A stretch of 34,528 bases of DNA from Pseudomonadales bacterium. Its GTDB lineage: Bacteria; Pseudomonadota; Gammaproteobacteria; Pseudomonadales; DC-out160. This document shows positions 6,757-15,287 of the stretch, piece by piece (positions within the stretch are counted from its first letter, which is position 1; each line of letters opens with the position of its first letter). Below the pieces are notes generated by a model. The model was given only the letters and a program-made list of their open reading frames with translations, made no database searches and had not been told where the DNA came from. The stretch covers positions 1-34,528 of the forward strand of contig JAESQG010000566.1 of the NCBI GenBank assembly GCA_016765265.1, given 5' to 3'. A program made the position numbers and the translations under genes.

Positions 6757-9700
6757 ATGCATATCTTTAATACTAAATTTTTTATAGTAATTTCGGCACA
6801 AATATTTTTACTTTTCATATCTATTCATTCTGAAGATTGGCCAATGTGGAAAGGTACCTCCGGACGCGGTGGAGTAAACAATGAGACATTACCCAGTAAA
6901 ATGAATTTGCTATGGACTCGTCAATTTCCAAAATCAAAACCAGCATGGGCTAATAACAAAAGCCAAGCAAAACTTCAGTTTGATGTATCCTTTCAACCAG
7001 TTGTTATGGGTAAAAGTATATTCGTACCTTCAAATGTTAATGATAGTGTAAGTGCATATGATACCGATAGCGGTAAGCAAAAATGGATTTTTTATTCTGA
7101 TGGCCCTGTAAGATTTGCACCCGTGGCCAATGATAATAAAGTTTATTTTGTATCGGATGACGGTTACTTGTATTGCCTCAATGCAGAATCAGGAAAACTA
7201 ATCTGGAAATATAATGGTGGACCTGAAAATAGGAAAATCCTTGGTCGTGATCGATTAATTTCTATCTGGCCAGCTCGTGGAGCACCAGTGCTAAAAAATA
7301 AAAAAATATTTTTTGCCGCCAGCATTTTCCCCTTTATGGGAACTTTCATTCATTGTGTGGATGCAAATTCAGGCAAAATGATTTGGAGAGATACAGGCAA
7401 CGGACCTAAATATTTTACGCAACCTCATGGTGCTGGATCTTTTGCTGGTCTTTCTCCTCAGGGATACCTTGCTGCAGGTGATAAATATTTAATCGTACCC
7501 GGAGGAAAATCTTTACCGGCTGTATATGACATTGAAACGGGGAAATTCTTATACTATTATTTGAACAGTAAGAAAGGCGGTTACAGTGTTCAAGCAGGTA
7601 AAAACTTTTATTTTACCGGTGGTTATGCCAATCAAATTAACAAAACAGAAAAAGGCTTTTCTATCATCAATGGTATATACGCCACTTACGGAAACACCTT
7701 AATTTCAGACAAGGCCATGTATCTTTTACATAATAGTATAATTACGGCTTACCGATTCAAGCCAGAATTTGAAATGAAGGTATATAAAAAAAATAGAAAA
7801 AAAGCTTATCTTACCATGCCAGTTTTGGGCGAATTCACAATTCCTTCGCCAAAAAGTGCTGTCAGGATCAAAGCCGGGAATCAAATTATTCTATATGAGC
7901 GTTACAAAAAACATCTTTACGCTGTTAAGCTACCAAATGAAGAAACACTATTAAAAGCAAAAGCCGGGGAATCTGTAAAACAAAACTTACCCACTATTTG
8001 GACTATCCCGACAGGAAAAAGCCCATGGTCTGTTATTGCTGCAGATAAAAAAGTTTTTGTGGTTACACACGAAGGACTATTATCTTGTTATGGTGCAAGC
8101 ACACAAGAGGTCCAAAAACATAACATTGCCTTAACTCCATTACCAGACACTTCAAACTCGGTTGCTAAATCATTGTTAGAAGTTTTAAAAGAATTGAAAA
8201 TTAAAGACGGCTATTGTGTTTTAGCAGGCTTAGGAAATGATAAATTAGCTGAAACGCTAATTAACAAAACAAACCTTTCTATAATTGCTGTCGATTCAGA
8301 TAAATCAAAAATAAATTCATTAAGACATTCAACTGATCAAGCTGGCTTTTATGGCAATAGAATGTCAGTACATGAAGGCGATCCCCTTTCATATCCACTC
8401 CCACCCTATTTCGCAAACATAATAATTATAACAAATTTAAGCAAACGTTTTTTATATAGTAAATCTAACTTAAAAACTTTATTTAATTCACTACGTCCTT
8501 ATGGTGGCACAGCTTTCTTTAAAGTATCTCCATCAGATATTGATAAAGTTAAAGCTCTATCTACAAAAGCAGGTCTTATTAATGCTGAAATAAAAGCTTC
8601 AAATGGATGGATGCTCTTAATTCGTAAGGGCGCACTTCCTGATTCTGCAGAATGGTCCCACCAGTATGCCGATTCATCAAATAGTATATTTGGCAAAGAT
8701 AAACTTGTCAAACTACCCCTAGGATTATTATGGTTTGGCGGTCCTCCAAATACAAATGTTCTACCAAGACATGGTCATGGTCCATCCCCTCAAGTGGCAG
8801 GCGGCAGAGTTATTATAGAAGGTCAGAATATGTTAAGGGCTGTTGATGCTTACACAGGCAGGTTACTTTGGGAACTTAAGTTAAAAAATCTAGGATATTA
8901 TTATCGACATACGGGCCATCATCCTGGTGCTAATGAAATTGGAGGAAATTACGTATCATTACAAGACACTATATATGTTGCTTATGGGAAAGATCTTTTA
9001 TTTTTAGAAGCAGCTACAGGCAATTTGTTAAAAAAAATAAATTACAAAGAAAATGATAGCGACAAAGAATCTAAAACATGGGGTCATATTTCTGTTCACA
9101 AAAATTATTTAATTACAACAACCTCACCAATTACATTTAAAATACAAAAAGATAAAACAGCTATAATAAATAAAAATGCAAAGTATTCTTCTGGAAGTGA
9201 ACAAATAATAGTACTTAATCGCAAGACGGGAAAAATACTCTGGAAACGAAAAGCCAAATTCAATTTTAGGCACAATGCCATATGCAGTGGCGATGGTGTC
9301 TTATTTTGCATTGACTCTTTCTCAAAAAGTAAATTTAATTATTTAAGAAACCAAGAAGAGAAAATCGGAAAACTATTAGCACTTGATATCAAAACTGGGA
9401 AAGAAATTTGGTCCAGTAATGAAAATATAACAGGAACCTTTTTAAATTATTCTGATAAACACAAAGTCCTTCTCCAGGCCGGTAGCTCCAACCGAGACAG
9501 GGCCAGAGATGAGACAAAAACAGGCATGATAGTTTATCAAGCTAAAGATGGAAAAGTAGTCTGGCAAAATTTAAAAATAAAATACGGAGGCCCATTAATT
9601 ATCCGACACAAAGAAATCATTACCAATGGTGGTGGTGGCACAGGAATTGATTTACTTTCAGGCAAAGCCACAAGTTTTAAGTGGAAACGAAACTACGGAT

Positions 9701-10446
9701 GCAACACCGCTATTAGTTCAGAACACCTACTGACCTTTCGATCAGGGGCAGCAGGTTTTTATGATTTAACTAATAGAGGCGGAACAGGAAACTTCGGTGG
9801 TTTTAAATCCAGTTGTACATCAAATCTTATTCCAGCTGATGGAATACTAAATGCTCCCGATTATACCAGATCTTGTTCATGTGCTTATCAGCTCACTGTC
9901 TCCTGTGCTTTGGTCCATATGCCTGATGTAGAGTACTGGACATTTAAAGCTGATGCTACTCCTGGAAAATGGGGATTCAATATTGCTGCATTAGGAGATA
10001 GGAAAGTCCCCAATGGTTCTTTGTGGCGAAAATTTGACATTTTAAAAAACAGAAAATATATACGATCAACTTCTGGCAAATTAACACCGTTCAGAGTTCA
10101 TTCAGGCTACGTTAAAGGAGAAAAGTTTAAATGGGTTGCTTCCTCTGGAGTAAAAGGTTTAACTGATTTAAACATCAATGTTAAGGGAGCTACCAAAGGT
10201 ACCGTTAGGCTAATTTTCATGGAACCAGACAAACTCAAAATAGGAGATAGAATCTTTGATATATCATTGCAGGGAAAAGAGTTAATTAAAGGGCTTGATA
10301 TAATCAAAGAATCTGGAGGACAAAATCATGTCCTGATCAAAGAATTTAAAGATATCGAATTAAACAATTCATTAAAAATTATATTTAAAGCATCCACAAA
10401 GAACCCACCTATTCTCAGCGGAATAGAAATTATCAAAACAAATTAG
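6757..10446 (+). CDS. secreted PQQ-like beta-propeller repeat protein with a central Rossmann/methyltransferase-like insert and a C-terminal malectin-like domain
   Basis: The N-terminus is hydrophobic (FFIVISAQIFLLFISIHS). BamB/PQQ-like repeats recur (SGKQKWIF, DGYLYCLNAESGKLIWKY, DANSGKMIW, DAYTGRLLWE, NRKTGKILWK, DIKTGKEIW). The C-terminus IFDISLQGKELIKGLDIIKESGG resembles malectin domains. The ORF track starts at TTG 6742; ATG 6757 is preferred. Confidence 0.6.
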   Translation: MHIFNTKFFIVISAQIFLLFISIHSEDWPMWKGTSGRGGVNNETLPSKMNLLWTRQFPKSKPAWANNKSQAKLQFDVSFQPVVMGKSIFVPSNVNDSVSAYDTDSGKQKWIFYSDGPVRFAPVANDNKVYFVSDDGYLYCLNAESGKLIWKYNGGPENRKILGRDRLISIWPARGAPVLKNKKIFFAASIFPFMGTFIHCVDANSGKMIWRDTGNGPKYFTQPHGAGSFAGLSPQGYLAAGDKYLIVPGGKSLPAVYDIETGKFLYYYLNSKKGGYSVQAGKNFYFTGGYANQINKTEKGFSIINGIYATYGNTLISDKAMYLLHNSIITAYRFKPEFEMKVYKKNRKKAYLTMPVLGEFTIPSPKSAVRIKAGNQIILYERYKKHLYAVKLPNEETLLKAKAGESVKQNLPTIWTIPTGKSPWSVIAADKKVFVVTHEGLLSCYGASTQEVQKHNIALTPLPDTSNSVAKSLLEVLKELKIKDGYCVLAGLGNDKLAETLINKTNLSIIAVDSDKSKINSLRHSTDQAGFYGNRMSVHEGDPLSYPLPPYFANIIIITNLSKRFLYSKSNLKTLFNSLRPYGGTAFFKVSPSDIDKVKALSTKAGLINAEIKASNGWMLLIRKGALPDSAEWSHQYADSSNSIFGKDKLVKLPLGLLWFGGPPNTNVLPRHGHGPSPQVAGGRVIIEGQNMLRAVDAYTGRLLWELKLKNLGYYYRHTGHHPGANEIGGNYVSLQDTIYVAYGKDLLFLEAATGNLLKKINYKENDSDKESKTWGHISVHKNYLITTTSPITFKIQKDKTAIINKNAKYSSGSEQIIVLNRKTGKILWKRKAKFNFRHNAICSGDGVLFCIDSFSKSKFNYLRNQEEKIGKLLALDIKTGKEIWSSNENITGTFLNYSDKHKVLLQAGSSNRDRARDETKTGMIVYQAKDGKVVWQNLKIKYGGPLIIRHKEIITNGGGGTGIDLLSGKATSFKWKRNYGCNTAISSEHLLTFRSGAAGFYDLTNRGGTGNFGGFKSSCTSNLIPADGILNAPDYTRSCSCAYQLTVSCALVHMPDVEYWTFKADATPGKWGFNIAALGDRKVPNGSLWRKFDILKNRKYIRSTSGKLTPFRVHSGYVKGEKFKWVASSGVKGLTDLNINVKGATKGTVRLIFMEPDKLKIGDRIFDISLQGKELIKGLDIIKESGGQNHVLIKEFKDIELNNSLKIIFKASTKNPPILSGIEIIKTN

Positions 10447-10478
10447 GCAACAGTCGTAGGTTGGGCTGCAGACTATTT

Positions 10479-11315
10479 TCAATCGCCAGAATCGATTAAA
10501 CCTACCGTGTCAATTCCCAGTAGTTGATTATCTAGCCACTGCATTACACTTGGCCACAATTTCTGTGTCCAATCGTTTTGAGGATTATAAAAAAATCCAT
10601 GGCCAGAATTGGGGCTAGGTATAAAAGTGACTGGTCTCTCATTTTTCATTAATGCGTTAGCAAGAATTAAGGATTGATCATAAGGAACCGTTTCATCAAA
10701 AGGATCGTGCACAATATACATAGGTGAAGAATTTTTATCAACATGCAATGCTGGAGAAGCTTGGACATATACTTCTTCAATTTCTTCAATGGTACCACCT
10801 AAGAAATGAGCTCTTTTATTTTTTGTTTTTTCATAATTATTTTCTAGATAAACAAAATCATGAACTCCATGAACATCAACCACACAATTAACTTTAGCAG
10901 AGACCCCATCATGCTCTTGGCCAAATACACCTAGGCAAGCAACTAGATGCCCTCCGGCAGAACTGCCGATGGCACCAATCTTATCAACACTGATTTTAAA
11001 GCGATCTGCATTTTTACGAAACCAAACAACAGCTGACTGACAATCGATTAAAGCAGCAGGAAACACAGCCACTTGGGATAGTCGATAGCTAATTGTACAA
11101 GCAACATAACCGTGTAAAGCAAGACGATGAGCATGCCATAAAAATTGATTTCGATCGCCAGCATTCCAGCCCCCGCCATGCACTAAGATGATACCGGCGC
11201 CATTTTGTTTTTTTTCACTAGGTAGGAATACATCTGCAGTAAGTTCTGTTTCGCCATAAATGGCAAAGACCTCGGAAAGATCGGGGTCAGGAAACTCTTT
11301 TTCGTAATATGTCAT
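10479..11315 (-). CDS. alpha/beta hydrolase (esterase/lipase-like)
   Basis: Oxyanion motif VHGGGW and nucleophile elbow GSSAGG are present, with a late GHGF histidine region. Confidence 0.75.
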   Translation of the reverse strand: MTYYEKEFPDPDLSEVFAIYGETELTADVFLPSEKKQNGAGIILVHGGGWNAGDRNQFLWHAHRLALHGYVACTISYRLSQVAVFPAALIDCQSAVVWFRKNADRFKISVDKIGAIGSSAGGHLVACLGVFGQEHDGVSAKVNCVVDVHGVHDFVYLENNYEKTKNKRAHFLGGTIEEIEEVYVQASPALHVDKNSSPMYIVHDPFDETVPYDQSLILANALMKNERPVTFIPSPNSGHGFFYNPQNDWTQKLWPSVMQWLDNQLLGIDTVGLIDSGD

Positions 11316-11351
11316 TTATAACTTTCTTCAGTAATACAATGAAAAATAAAC

Positions 11352-11367
11352 ACAAAGCATGCTTTGT
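11352..11367. promoter_or_regulatory. perfect 16-bp palindrome in a divergent promoter region
   Basis: ACAAAGCATGCTTTGT is its own reverse complement. It lies between the divergent esterase gene (start 11315) and the metallophosphoesterase gene (start 11445). Confidence 0.3.
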
Positions 11368-11444
11368 CTCTACAAAAATATATTGATAGATGATTCTCTC
11401 AAATATAATATGATTTCCAATAAATAACTTAAAGAAAAACGGCA

Positions 11445-12311
11445 ATGACAAAGTTCATCTATATTTCAGATACTCATTTTGGTGCCAATCCTATGAATTA
11501 TCATCAACAGGAAGGTTATCCAGAAAAGCTTCCAGAAATTATTTTAAAATTAAATGAATTCATCAAAAACAGAGACGATATAGATTTTGTTCTTCATGGT
11601 GGGGATATGATTGATAGTGTTTCTGAACAAACCATTTCAATGGCAAGCAAGTATTTTAAATTTGATGTTCCTATTTACCTTTGTCTTGGCAATCATGATT
11701 TAACCGAATTGAATTCGTTGGATCTTTGGCTCAAAATTGCTCCTCAATATTTTAACGATACAAATAAACCTATCTTCACTATTACAACAAAAGATTGCCT
11801 CATCCATGTCATCCCTAATCACTGGGAGGAAATCCCTTATTACTGGAGTGAAACTCAAGAGGCCTATTTATCGGAAGAACAAATTAATAATCTTTCACAC
11901 GAACTAAACAAATCAACCGATTTTCCTCATATCGTTTTAACACATAGTCCCATTTTTGGCTTACCCACTGAACAAACAGGACAAGAAGAAATATACCACT
12001 CCCCAAATGAAAATTTCAGGAAGACCTTAACTTCTCTAGCACAGAATCACAAGACTATCAAATGTATCCTTGGTGGTCACAACCATTTGAATATGAATTT
12101 AAAACATGAGAATGTTCAGTATGTTACAGCTAGTTCTTTTTCAGAAGCACCCTTTGACTTCAAACTTTTTGAAGTTTCAAAAAACTCAATCACAATGGAA
12201 ACAATAAACCTAGCTGACTCACTTGATTTTAATATTGAATACAACTCAGAAAAATCGTATGTTCAAGGTCGACCAATTGACCGAAAGTTCGCAATAAACT
12301 TTGATTTATGA
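11445..12311 (+). CDS. metallophosphoesterase (calcineurin-like)
   Basis: Ordered motifs are present: SDTHFG, GGDMID, GNHD, LTHSP, GGHNH. Confidence 0.8.
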   Translation: MTKFIYISDTHFGANPMNYHQQEGYPEKLPEIILKLNEFIKNRDDIDFVLHGGDMIDSVSEQTISMASKYFKFDVPIYLCLGNHDLTELNSLDLWLKIAPQYFNDTNKPIFTITTKDCLIHVIPNHWEEIPYYWSETQEAYLSEEQINNLSHELNKSTDFPHIVLTHSPIFGLPTEQTGQEEIYHSPNENFRKTLTSLAQNHKTIKCILGGHNHLNMNLKHENVQYVTASSFSEAPFDFKLFEVSKNSITMETINLADSLDFNIEYNSEKSYVQGRPIDRKFAINFDL

Positions 12312-13391
12312 ATTACCATAAATATGTTTCTTTTGGTCTGTATGATTTAACTCTACTCTGTTTTTCGAATCCATATTAATCGTACCAATAGCACTCATAA
12401 CAGTATTAGATGTTCCTCCATCTTTAGCACCAACATATACTAAATGATACTTCTCATCAATTAAAATTGAACTAGGAGATGCGAGTTCTTCAGAATCATT
12501 ATCATCCATTGAACCTCTAGCTAAAACATTTTTACTTTGGTGTGTAAGCGTAACACCATCATCGGCTAAATATATTTCATAAAGTTCAACAAAACGAGCC
12601 ATGCCTCCACTAGCTCTATTTCCAACTCCGCAGATTGCAGCATAACCGCCATCATCTAAGACTCGGATTGAATTCGGATCAAGCTCATGCCAAATAATCA
12701 TCCGATCTTCTTCAACTGATTGACCTTCAATAGGTTCTAATACATGAAGCCTTTTCCAGTTAATCGCATCATCAGAACCCCAAAGAGCTGAATAATAATC
12801 ATTCCCACCCCCATGAAGCGAATAACCAATATACTTATTTTCAATTCCAGAAAAAGGATTCTTACTCCAACGGAAATATCCGGTATGACCATCACCTGGA
12901 TCTTCATCCGGATTATATTTTAATATAACAGAATCCTCGTCGCCATTAATTCTAGAAAAACTAATACCATCATCTGAAGTAGCTAATAAAGTTGCCTGAC
13001 TTGGACCAATACCATTTTTGTGATAAGATAAAAATACTTTTCCATCAACTACATTGGCATGTGGTGTTTCCGTATGGCCATCTCCTTGTACATTATCAAA
13101 ATAAATCGGATTCGATAATGGCTTTATTGCAATGTGATCAAACGCACCTTCCCCTAAAACATCATCATAAGACTTCCAACTTTTCGCTTCAGATGGCACC
13201 CCATTACAAACATATAGCCAAATACCACCGTCTTTACTATTATGATCCGTTGAAAAATACATTGCATAATCAAACGGAAAGGTCTCAATGTTTTTCATGT
13301 CAATTAGTGTTGTATAATAAGGTCCTGGTGCCGGCATATCATCAGGGCGAAATATAATACTACCCACTTTTGAAAAGGTGTTATTACTCAT
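12306..13391 (-). CDS. beta-propeller glycosidase-like protein with Asp-box-like motifs; no signal peptide
   Basis: Two BNR/Asp-box-like motifs are present (TSDDGISFSR and GSDDAINWKR). The composition is beta-strand rich. Its stop overlaps the convergent metallophosphoesterase stop (TTATGA). It is probably co-transcribed with the upstream sulfatase. Family assignment is uncertain. Confidence 0.35.
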   Translation of the reverse strand: MSNNTFSKVGSIIFRPDDMPAPGPYYTTLIDMKNIETFPFDYAMYFSTDHNSKDGGIWLYVCNGVPSEAKSWKSYDDVLGEGAFDHIAIKPLSNPIYFDNVQGDGHTETPHANVVDGKVFLSYHKNGIGPSQATLLATSDDGISFSRINGDEDSVILKYNPDEDPGDGHTGYFRWSKNPFSGIENKYIGYSLHGGGNDYYSALWGSDDAINWKRLHVLEPIEGQSVEEDRMIIWHELDPNSIRVLDDGGYAAICGVGNRASGGMARFVELYEIYLADDGVTLTHQSKNVLARGSMDDNDSEELASPSSILIDEKYHLVYVGAKDGGTSNTVMSAIGTINMDSKNRVELNHTDQKKHIYGNS

Positions 13392-13421
13392 TTTATTCTT
13401 CTTTCTAAAATATTTGTCAAT

Positions 13422-15041
13422 CTATTTAACAATAAACTCAGCACTTGTCTCTTCGCTCTCCGCAAAACCAATTCGAATAGATTTAGTTCTAATTCGATAA
13501 CTACCTTTTTCTAACATTAAAGGTTCATGATACAATTGCCATTTAATATTTTCTCCATTTTCAAACGTGTAGGCAATTGAGGCTCCCTGAGTCATGCAAA
13601 CTAATTGAACTCGAGTTGGTGAAGAAAACTCTCCTCCCATTGGTGTCAATTCAGACTCTAACTTGTTTTTATCTAGCGGGAAAAATTTCACGACACTAGT
13701 TTGTGGTTGCTTACCATCAGGATACCAATTTCTTACCATTTCTTCTTCAGTTATTTTTCCTAAATCTCCAATATCAAACATCCATTGATCAAGAGCTTTA
13801 CGCAATCTTTTTATTTCAATTTTGTATTTAGAATCTTTTGCTAAATTATTGACTTCATGGGGATCTTCTACAATATCATATAATTCTTCTGAAGGTTTTT
13901 TTTCAAACATTAATTTCTGCACATCATTCAGCTCATCACTAAAATACAAACGATGCATCTCCTGAACTATGGGATGACGATTACAATAAGGTGTAAAAGG
14001 CAAATAAGGAGAATGAAGATCATAATGTCTCATATATTTAAATTTTTTATCTCGAACAGCTCTCACCATATCATAACTTTCATCGTGCCTATCCCGATGA
14101 GCAAAAATATATTCTCGGGCGTCCTCTTTTTCGTTTCCTAAGAACGCTTGGCCTTGCATATACTGAGGGATCTCTAGTCCTGCCAAGGACATCATCGTTG
14201 GTCCAAGATCAACTGAACTAATCAAGTCCTCATTTATTGAATCTGGCTTAACGTTCTCAGGATATCGAATGATCATAGGTATATGAATTCCAGAATCATA
14301 AGGCCAACGTTTACCGCGAGGCATTGGACCATGATCACTCCAATGTACTACGATGGTATTTTCAGCCAAGCCATCTTCGTCCAATTCTTTTAAAAGATTG
14401 CCTAATTGTTGATCCGCCCATTCAATGTTAGCATACATTTGAGTCATAGACTCTCTAACTTTTTTAGTATCAGGAAAATAAGGTGGCAAGACCATATCAT
14501 CAGGATTAAAATTATTTTCACACCATTTATTCTCTGGCCACATGCCACTTTCATGCGTTAACATCGGATTAAATACTGCGAAAAAAGGCTGTTCTGTATT
14601 CGGACGATTTCTCCAATGAGCCTCTTTTCCTAATTCATCCCAAGCCGTAACGGGTGATTCAAATTGATAATCAGTCTTATGATTATTAGTACAATAATAT
14701 CCGCTTGCTCTAAAATATTCTGTAAAACATTTTACATAATGAGGCAACTTAGCATCATAGGGCGTGGGAAGCTCTCTACAGTTATCATTATTATGTGTCG
14801 TTCGCATATGATGAGTACCAATAGAAGTCGGATACATCCCTGTGATTACCGCTGACCTTGACGGAGAACAAACACCCGATGGCGCGAATGCATTGGGCCA
14901 AATACAGCCATCTTTTGCAAGCTGATCAACTATTGGAGTACGGGCAACCTGATCACCATAACATCCATAAAATGGATTCGAATCTTCAAAAGATACCCAT
15001 AAGATATTCGGCCTGTTCTTAGCATTACTATTCTTACTCAT
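13422..15041 (-). CDS. sulfatase (formylglycine type) with a C-terminal beta-sandwich domain; no signal peptide
   Basis: PNILWVSFEDSNP followed by the CSPSRSAVITG C-x-P-x-R motif, then WSDHGP. The start is set at ATG 15041 (MSKNS); the ORF-track GTG at 15074 adds 11 residues. Confidence 0.85.
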   Translation of the reverse strand: MSKNSNAKNRPNILWVSFEDSNPFYGCYGDQVARTPIVDQLAKDGCIWPNAFAPSGVCSPSRSAVITGMYPTSIGTHHMRTTHNNDNCRELPTPYDAKLPHYVKCFTEYFRASGYYCTNNHKTDYQFESPVTAWDELGKEAHWRNRPNTEQPFFAVFNPMLTHESGMWPENKWCENNFNPDDMVLPPYFPDTKKVRESMTQMYANIEWADQQLGNLLKELDEDGLAENTIVVHWSDHGPMPRGKRWPYDSGIHIPMIIRYPENVKPDSINEDLISSVDLGPTMMSLAGLEIPQYMQGQAFLGNEKEDAREYIFAHRDRHDESYDMVRAVRDKKFKYMRHYDLHSPYLPFTPYCNRHPIVQEMHRLYFSDELNDVQKLMFEKKPSEELYDIVEDPHEVNNLAKDSKYKIEIKRLRKALDQWMFDIGDLGKITEEEMVRNWYPDGKQPQTSVVKFFPLDKNKLESELTPMGGEFSSPTRVQLVCMTQGASIAYTFENGENIKWQLYHEPLMLEKGSYRIRTKSIRIGFAESEETSAEFIVK

Positions 15042-15088
15042 TTTATTATTTCCAATTAAAATAATTGATATCACATGCTAGTAGTCAT

Positions 15089-15105
15089 ATGGTAGCACAA
15101 GCTTC
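15089..15105 (+). promoter_or_regulatory. 17-nt motif ATGGTAGCACAAGCTTC, copy 1 (divergent sulfatase intergenic region)
   Basis: It is identical to 30305-30321. A near-identical inverted copy lies at 15164-15180. Confidence 0.35.
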
Positions 15106-15163
15106 CAGCATGTAACTAAAATGCTGATTATAGAATATAATATGAAAAAATTCACAACAAGCT

Positions 15164-15180
15164 AGAAGCTTGTACTACAT
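15164..15180 (-). promoter_or_regulatory. inverted near-copy of the sulfatase-associated motif
   Basis: The minus strand reads ATGTAGTACAAGCTTCT. GTAGTACAAGCTTC matches GTAGCACAAGCTTC at 13 of 14 positions. It is oriented toward the minus-strand sulfatase. Confidence 0.3.
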
Positions 15181-15287
15181 AAATATTTCAATTTAAAATT
15201 TTATTATCAAGATTGAGACATTCATTGCAATCTATGAAATATCACTATAACCATTTATACTTTTGATCACAATAATGAGGAACAATC

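Noticed and set aside
7859-7866. GTCAGGAT inside the PQQ-propeller gene, matching the upstream block of the ECF motif
   Set aside because: No TCCTT..TAGTT block follows at the required spacing, and it lies deep inside a coding region. An 8-mer match by chance is expected.
12992-13357. 121-aa plus-strand ORF inside the Asp-box propeller gene, and similar 60-120 aa ORFs inside other large genes (for example 5348-5707, 13953-14141, 18721-18972, 24318-24569, 33993-34277)
   Set aside because: All are antisense or out of frame within long, motif-supported CDSs. Stop-poor antisense frames produce such ORFs by chance.
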